Position numbers and translations under genes: made by a program. This document shows, piece after piece, positions 17,827 to 23,929 of a stretch of 32,000 nt of DNA. Numbering within the stretch: the stretch's first letter is position 1; each line of letters starts with the position of its first letter. The notes beneath the pieces are model-generated. The model searched no databases, was not told where the DNA came from, and was given only the letters and a program-made list of their open reading frames with translations. The DNA lies in the NCBI RefSeq assembly GCF_000020025.1, contig NC_010628.1, positions 7,890,001 through 7,922,000 on the forward strand. Reading direction: 5' to 3'. The stretch comes from Nostoc punctiforme PCC 73102 (GTDB taxonomy: Bacteria > Cyanobacteriota > Cyanobacteriia > Cyanobacteriales > Nostocaceae).

Positions 17827-19818
17827 TTAAACTAGAGCGTACACTTTCGCTTCCCAGGGGAAGATGCCTTCTCTGCCTACCCATTCTGATGGAACTATCC
17901 GTTCTTGAGTAATTTCCTTCCACTGCTTGCCAACTGGGGTTGCAGGCCAATTTGGGACTCTGTACTCAGAAGCAGGAGGAGTGCCGTAGTCAGAGAAATT
18001 CGCCACTACAACTACTAATTGATCGGCTTTATTACCACGTTGCCAGACTAGAACTCGCTTACCCTCATTAAAGTCAACATGAATAAATTTAGTATCATTC
18101 ACAGCTAAAGCATGAGAAGTTTTACGCAAGCGAACCAACCTCGCAACATATTGGAAAATTCGTTGCCGCCAATCATCTTTCACACGGCTGTAGTTAACTG
18201 GGTCAATTTGCTTATGATCGTCTGTTGTAGCTAAATCTTGTTGATCGGCAAATTCATCTCCGGCCAGGATCATGGGAATCCCTACAGAGGTAAGCAGGGA
18301 AACAAATGCTAACTTAATACGCGGTTCAGTATCAGCAATTCCATTACTAACCAAATAGCTAAAGAAACGCTCGTTACCATAACCACCAACATCATGGGAA
18401 GTTATATAGTTTACCGCCTGAGAGCCATCTGTAAAGCCTAAGTTTCGGCAATCAATTAGTTTGCGAATACTCCACTCAAAGCTGGGTTCATCCCAGGCAT
18501 TCTTACCTAAAATTACTTGTCGGATGATTTGCTTAAACTTTTCATTCCAAAGTCCATCCAGACGATTTTGTTGGATGAGAGATAGGGGTACACTCAACTC
18601 TTCGCCAACTACGAGGAAGCGATCGCCACTTCCGCCTCTTTTGTCCCAAAGGGTGCGGGCAAAATCCTTAAATTCCTGCAAAAAGTCATAGTTGGCAATA
18701 TTGTTCACGCTATCCAACCGCAGACCATCAACCCGATAGTATTCCAACCAGTGGGCAATATGGGCTTTTAAGTATTCACGGGCTGGCACAAGCCATGACT
18801 TTTGCCCAGTAATGGGATTATAACCCTCTACCCAATAGTTGTACTTAAATAAGTCCCCACCAAAGCCATCTCTTGATCCTTGTTCTGGATCGCCACTGGC
18901 CCATTTGATGTAAAATTCCAAAAAATTAACGTTATGTTAAGGATTATTCCGCGAAAATGCCATTACCACATCCACAAAAAAGCGCAACCCTTGCTGATGG
19001 CAGGCTTTAATCAGGTTAGCTAAATCAGTTGAAGCAGTAGGTGCTGACTGGCTATCTGGACGGCCTAAGTCAAAATCTGCTGCAAAATAATTTGCTGTAC
19101 CATAGCCCCAATTGAGATTATCATCGCTGTCTTCTGGTGGCAGAAGTTCTAAGGCGTTGATTCCCAGTTCCACAAGATGAGCGCGGTTATTCAAGGCGGT
19201 GAGCATAGGAAAAGTAGGAGCGATCGCTTCTGGTATCAAGAGTGCCAGTACGTCACGAAATGTCCCGACTCCTTCTTCAATCAATCCATTTGAGTTAATC
19301 TTTGTCCATCGGGTTGGTAATTCGTAAATCACCAGTTGATTATTGGTGGGTAGCGTCTCTAAAGGAGCATCACCTTCCCAATTTACAGTTTGCCCCTGTG
19401 GATCGCAGGGAATCAACGTCCCATTCTGATAAAGCACGACGCTTGCCGGATCGAAGCTATTAACGCCTCCCGATTCTGACGGCGTTGGTGCAGGAAAGCG
19501 CCGATCTACAGTCGTCGCTGTTGGATCTGTACAGTAGAGAATTTGGTTAGCATTGGCAGCTGCGTAGGGGTCTGAGTTGCGGACTTTAAACCAGTAAAAA
19601 TAGACCTGTCCTTCAGTCAGGCCAGATTCTTTAGCCGAAACTTCCCACAATTCTGGAAATTCTGCTGATTGACGAAGCGGAATTTCTCTCAATTTAGCTA
19701 ATCTGTCTGGGCTTTCAGGACTAGTGTTGCCAATGTAGAGAGTGGGAGCTAGTTCTGAAGCACCGACACGCCACAAGACAAAATGAGTTTTTTTACGGCT
19801 TAATAGATCGATAGGCAT
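17827..19818 (-). pseudogene. GH13 (alpha-amylase family) glycoside hydrolase split by a single in-frame TAA (complement of 18937-18939)
   Basis: ORFs 18937-19818 and 17827-18921 are in the same frame. Read-through gives ...FFVDVVMAFSRNNP*HNVNFLEFYIKWASGD... GH13 regions II-IV lie in the downstream part (VDGLRLDSVNNI, LVVGEELS, NYITSHD). The track start of the second ORF is a TTG. Confidence 0.8.
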
Positions 19819-20178
19819 TAGAAAACCTCTAGGTCAGGAAAGTTCAGCTATGAAGTTCTTACACAATAGCCGAGCTTTATTCCAGATGATAGGTTGAATT
19901 TCTTTAAACTTTAAACTGTCAATAATAGGCAAGATATTAAGTATTTTGCTGGTAAATCTATAGCAATCTGATTTTATTTCTGTTCGGGCAGCGTGGCGTA
20001 GGCATAATTATTTGCGCGGAGCGCGTTCGCGTTGGCGTTCGCGGAGCGTGTCGCAGACAAGCCTCTTGTAGAGAAGCGCAAGCGCGATAGGCAGGCAATA
20101 GGCAATCTTGCTACAGTCAAGAAGGCTCTTTGAGCTATAGTGAATTTTTTCAAGAATCAAATATGAGTTTTATAGTAA

Positions 20179-20511
20179 GTTAAATGTATATGCGCTTACC
20201 CTGCAAAGGAAACCTTGGCGGTAATGTTGGATGAAGGGGGACATTTAACTGGCGCACCAGATTTAGTAGTCGAAGTTTTATCTGCTAGCAAGGAAGACCT
20301 AAGATGAGATAATGAAGCTAAACTTAAACTTTATTCTTCCAAAAGAGTAAAAGAATATTGGATTGCTGATTGGCGATCGCCAAAACTAGATGTCTATCGG
20401 CGCGAACAGAACCAACTTAAATTGGTAGAAACCTTCTTTAATAGTGATATTATAATTTCTCCTTGATTACCTGGTTTTAGCTGTACTGTAAACCAGTTTT
20501 TTCTTGTATAA
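20179..20511 (+). pseudogene. Uma2-family (DUF820) endonuclease remnant: 5'-truncated, with two in-frame TGA stops
   Basis: My translation reads ...TGAPDLVVEVLSASKEDLR*DNEAKLKLYSSKRVKEYWIADWRSPKLDVYRREQNQLKLVETFFNSDIIISP*LPGFSCTVNQFFLV*. The PDLVVEVLS, EYWI.D, VYR and SPLLPGF blocks are the C-terminal half of Uma2 proteins. The stops are at 20305-20307 and 20464-20466. Confidence 0.7.
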
Positions 20512-20521
20512 ATTTTAGGTT
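20447..20521. repeat. Left copy of a ~75-bp direct repeat bracketing the MFS gene
   Basis: gatattataatttctccttgattacctggttttagctgtactgtaaaccagttttttcttgtataaattttaggtt can be compared with 21774-21846. The shared core is gtttt(a/c)gctgtactgta(a/g)accag(t/c)ttttt...tataaaatttt. Confidence 0.7.
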
Positions 20522-20523
20522 AA

Positions 20524-21717
20524 ATGGAAAAACAAATACTAAATAACGCATTAACTAAAGTCCAGGTACTGATTATGGCGATCGCATCCGGTGTCTGTGT
20601 TGCCAACGTTTATTATAATCAGCCAATCCTCAAAGATATTGCATCATCTTTTCGAGTCAGTGAAGGTGAAGCGGGTAGTATCTCTGTGCTTACGCAAGTT
20701 GGTTACGGTTTGGGGATTTTCTTTTTAATCCCATTGGGCGATAAAATCAACAAGAAAAAATTAATTCTTTGCTTACTGATAAGTTTATTCTGTTTGTTGA
20801 TATTGATGACGTTTTCACAAAACATCATTGAAGTTTGGATATTGAGCGTAGCAATTGGGATTGCGACAGTCTCCGCTCAGATTATTCTTCCTTTAGCAGC
20901 AAGTATAGATAGAGTAACTACAGGCCAAACCGTAGGCAATATTTTTACTGGTATATTGATTGGAGTTTTAGGAGCAAGGGTTTTTAGTGGATATATTTCT
21001 GAATGGTTGAATTGGCGTTATGTATATGGATTTTCGGCAGGAATGATTTTAATTGTTATTGTTTTACTAAATACATATTTGCCTAGTATCAAAAATGAAT
21101 TTAATGGTTATTATTTGGAGTTATTAAGCTCAACAATTCACCAGTTAAAACGTTTTTCATTATTAAGAGAAGCGTCTTTAATTAGCGGGTTATTGTTTGG
21201 TGTCTTTTGCTCATTTTGGACAACGCTGACTTTCCATTTAAGCGGAGCGCCTTTTAATTTTCAATCTGACACAATTGGGATGTATGGCTTTGTAGCGATC
21301 GCAGGTGCATTGATGGCACCAGTTTTTGGTAAACTAGCCGATCGAGGTAACTCCCAACGTTCCTTGAGTATTGCTGTATCGATGGTGATTGCAAGCTTAG
21401 TAATTGCTAAAACTGCTTCTAATTCTGCACTGGCGATCGCTGTTGCTGTATTGTTACTAGATGTAGGTGTACAGGCAATCCAAGTTACTAATGTCGCAAG
21501 AATATATAGTCTTGATGCTCAATCCAATAGTCGCATCAACACAGTTTACATGACTACCTATTTTATCGGCGGTGCTGTAGGTACTAGCATTGGTTTATTA
21601 TGCTGGAATCTTGGTGGCTGGAATTTGGTGACTTGGCAAATGTTAGTTTTTACTTTGCTTGGATTTTTTATTATCGTCAGACCTAAAAATATTACAGCAA
21701 AAACAAATAAAGAATAA
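20524..21717 (+). CDS. MFS transporter
   Basis: 397 aa with 12 predicted TM helices in a 6+6 layout. The short loop motif GDKINKKKL follows TM2. Confidence 0.85.
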   Translation: MEKQILNNALTKVQVLIMAIASGVCVANVYYNQPILKDIASSFRVSEGEAGSISVLTQVGYGLGIFFLIPLGDKINKKKLILCLLISLFCLLILMTFSQNIIEVWILSVAIGIATVSAQIILPLAASIDRVTTGQTVGNIFTGILIGVLGARVFSGYISEWLNWRYVYGFSAGMILIVIVLLNTYLPSIKNEFNGYYLELLSSTIHQLKRFSLLREASLISGLLFGVFCSFWTTLTFHLSGAPFNFQSDTIGMYGFVAIAGALMAPVFGKLADRGNSQRSLSIAVSMVIASLVIAKTASNSALAIAVAVLLLDVGVQAIQVTNVARIYSLDAQSNSRINTVYMTTYFIGGAVGTSIGLLCWNLGGWNLVTWQMLVFTLLGFFIIVRPKNITAKTNKE

Positions 21718-21773
21718 AAAAATTGCCGTCACAAAGCCAAATCAAGCTGCTAAAAACTTTAGTTAGTAGTAAT

Positions 21774-21846
21774 ACTATAATTATTCTCTCTTGACACGTT
21801 TTCGCTGTACTGTAGACCAGCTTTTTATCTATAAAATTTTGATTTT
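21774..21846. repeat. Right copy of the direct repeat bracketing the MFS gene
   Basis: ctataattattctctcttgacacgttttcgctgtactgtagaccagctttttatctataaaattttgatttt aligns with the 3' end and downstream hairpin of the Uma2 remnant. Confidence 0.7.
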
Positions 21847-21974
21847 ATTTTGTAGAAACATGCACACTCATTATTTTCCGAAAAAATGTGCATAACTTCC
21901 TTTAAGATATCGCTTTGCACCAATAACTAAATTTTCTCCTCATCAAAGCGATATCTAGAGACAATCAGCTTATA

Positions 21975-22139
21975 TTACGAAAAACTGGGGATTTCAGAGT
22001 TAGAATCTTTTGATGTTGCAGTAGAGCGCGATGGTGAAGTGTTTTGGATTTTTTCAGACAGAATTACTAGCAATTTAGGCAGCGCAAGGCAAGCAACAGT
22101 ATTTAGCAGCGTTAGTAATATACCATCGATTAAACTCAT
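21975..22139 (-). CDS. Small membrane-anchored protein (54 aa), not in the ORF track; paralog of ORF 30796-31041
   Basis: My translation reads MSLIDGILLTLLNTVACLALPKLLVILSEKIQNTSPSRSTATSKDSNSEIPSFS*. AAGGA lies 9 nt upstream of the ATG. It shares 17 of the first 26 residues with the 81-aa ORF (MNLIDTILLTLLNITICVAFPKLVAI...). Confidence 0.5.
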   Translation of the reverse strand: MSLIDGILLTLLNTVACLALPKLLVILSEKIQNTSPSRSTATSKDSNSEIPSFS

Positions 22140-22353
22140 GTGCGATCGTCCTTATTTCAAAATTGGTGTTTACTATATTTTTAGTTTGAAGCAAAATTAG
22201 TACAATTGCTTCAAAGCAGCATTTTAATTTCTTTTATCGGTTATAAGCTAACTAAATATATTCTTATAATTTAAATTTGACTCGTAAAATCTCTTTTTTC
22301 TCTCAGCGTCGCGCCAGTTGCTACAAGTCGGGGAACCCGCCCAACGCACTGGC

Positions 22354-22409
22354 TTCTCTGTGCCTCTGTGGTTAAAAAGTAGTTAATTTAACCACAGAGG
22401 CGCAGAGAA
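22354..22409. repeat. Long hairpin repeat (22-bp stem, 12-nt loop) 30 nt downstream of the operon's last gene
   Basis: TTCTCTGTGCCTCTGTGGTTAA (22354-22375) pairs with TTAACCACAGAGGCGCAGAGAA (22388-22409) with one mismatch. No U tract follows on the minus strand, so it is a structured repeat and a possible but non-canonical terminator. Confidence 0.8.
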
Positions 22410-22438
22410 CACAGAGGTAAGAAGTGAAATTAGCTAAC

Positions 22439-23929
22439 TTAACTATATTTGAGAAGGCGTAAGCCCTCTAAGCGGAGAGCTTCAGGATATAGAGCTTTAT
22501 AAATATTGCAATTTGGAGATTGAATATCATAACGGCCTGTAGCCTTAAACGTAGCCAGAGAGCAACCACCCGTACACCAGTATTTCCATTCACATGTACG
22601 ACAGCCTTCTTTTTCCTCAACAGATAAATTCTGAATACCTGTTTTATCTTGTCGCACAACAGTTAAAGGATCTTGAGCATCAACAGAGGATATAGTTTTA
22701 TGTAGCTGCATCTGACATTTGGCAATTTGTCCTTGGTAATCAAATACAAGATAGCTTTGCCCAACTCCACAAGTTCGTTTATGAGGAGATGCTAAATTAG
22801 CACGATCAACTAATGAACCTAATAAGCTACGATTAGGTAATTTCAATTCAATAACTTTGAATGCTGCTAACATTCCCTGAATCATTCTATATTCTTCTAG
22901 TTGCAAATCTTCGTAAGAAGCTGACAATTCATTTTCACGATAAAAGTTTAAACTAAAGGGCAGATTATGCTCCAATATCCATTCAATCAGATCGGGTAAT
23001 CCTTCTGCATTGCGCCCGCTAATGGTAATGGAAATATCGGGTACTAGCCCATTTGCTAAAGCAATCTTAATACCCCTTTCCACATCTTGAAATGAACCCT
23101 TTCCACCTGCATAAGTTCGTTGGATATTGTGGAAATCTGATAATCCATCTAGTGAAATCATGAGACGCAGATTCAATATTTTAAGCATCTCGATAATCTC
23201 AGGCGTAATCAATATTCCATTAGTGAGAACAACTCCATCTAATATAATGCCTCTTTCCTTGCTAAGTGATTGAGCATATAAATGCAGTTCTTTAATTAAA
23301 GCAGAGCATAATAATGCTTCTCCTCCCGCATACTTTAGTTTGACGCGGCGGTAATTATTTAAGCTAGCAGAGCGAAATATAGATTCAATAGCTGCTCTGC
23401 CTATATCTATTGACATATCCCTGGCTAAATGAGGAAGATAGCAGTAGTCACATCTTAAGTTACAGCGATCGGTGATATGTAACCATGCAGATAAAGTTTC
23501 TGGTATTTCATTTAGGTTAAATGGGCTATTGTTTTTAGGAATAATTAAACGGGCTTGATATAGTTCCTGAATAGCTGTCTGTAAGTCGGTTTGGTTAATG
23601 TGATAATTCTCTTTTGTGATCTCATCTAATTTATGAGAATTTGTAAATGTATTTCGTAAATATAATGCGGATTCATTTAGAACTGCTACTTTATGATTAC
23701 CATAACAGATAGAGTAAGTATCATCTAGATTCATTATTTGCGAATTGGGAGATATGACAAACTCTGTCTCAAATATCCCCAGAGATAATGATGTATCTGA
23801 GCCTAATTCTGCTAAAGGGGATAAGTCACAGGCACAATCCCCTCCATCACAATCGCATTGTCCAGTTAGTACGCAGGTAGAATTGAGAGAAACTAAAATT
23901 CTGGGTCGATCAATTTTTTTACTAAGCAT
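22439..23929 (-). CDS. Radical SAM/SPASM-domain enzyme with an N-terminal Cys/Asp-rich segment and an RRE (PqqD-like) region
   Basis: The rSAM cluster motif is HITDRCNLRCDYCY and the SAM-binding motif is KYAGGEALL. The SPASM motif is CRTCEWKYWCTGGC (Cx2Cx5Cx3C), with upstream CGVGQSYLVFDYQGQIAKC and downstream SPNCNIY. The first ATG (23929) overlaps the upstream stop as ATGCTTAG. The track start at 23953 is a GTG. Confidence 0.85.
   Translation of the reverse strand: MLSKKIDRPRILVSLNSTCVLTGQCDCDGGDCACDLSPLAELGSDTSLSLGIFETEFVISPNSQIMNLDDTYSICYGNHKVAVLNESALYLRNTFTNSHKLDEITKENYHINQTDLQTAIQELYQARLIIPKNNSPFNLNEIPETLSAWLHITDRCNLRCDYCYLPHLARDMSIDIGRAAIESIFRSASLNNYRRVKLKYAGGEALLCSALIKELHLYAQSLSKERGIILDGVVLTNGILITPEIIEMLKILNLRLMISLDGLSDFHNIQRTYAGGKGSFQDVERGIKIALANGLVPDISITISGRNAEGLPDLIEWILEHNLPFSLNFYRENELSASYEDLQLEEYRMIQGMLAAFKVIELKLPNRSLLGSLVDRANLASPHKRTCGVGQSYLVFDYQGQIAKCQMQLHKTISSVDAQDPLTVVRQDKTGIQNLSVEEKEGCRTCEWKYWCTGGCSLATFKATGRYDIQSPNCNIYKALYPEALRLEGLRLLKYS

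Noticed and set aside
18937-18939. In-frame stop in the GH13 gene as programmed recoding (selenocysteine, pyrrolysine or read-through)
   Set aside because: The codon is TAA, not TGA or TAG. I saw no SECIS-like hairpin immediately downstream. A nonsense mutation or a sequencing error is the simpler explanation.
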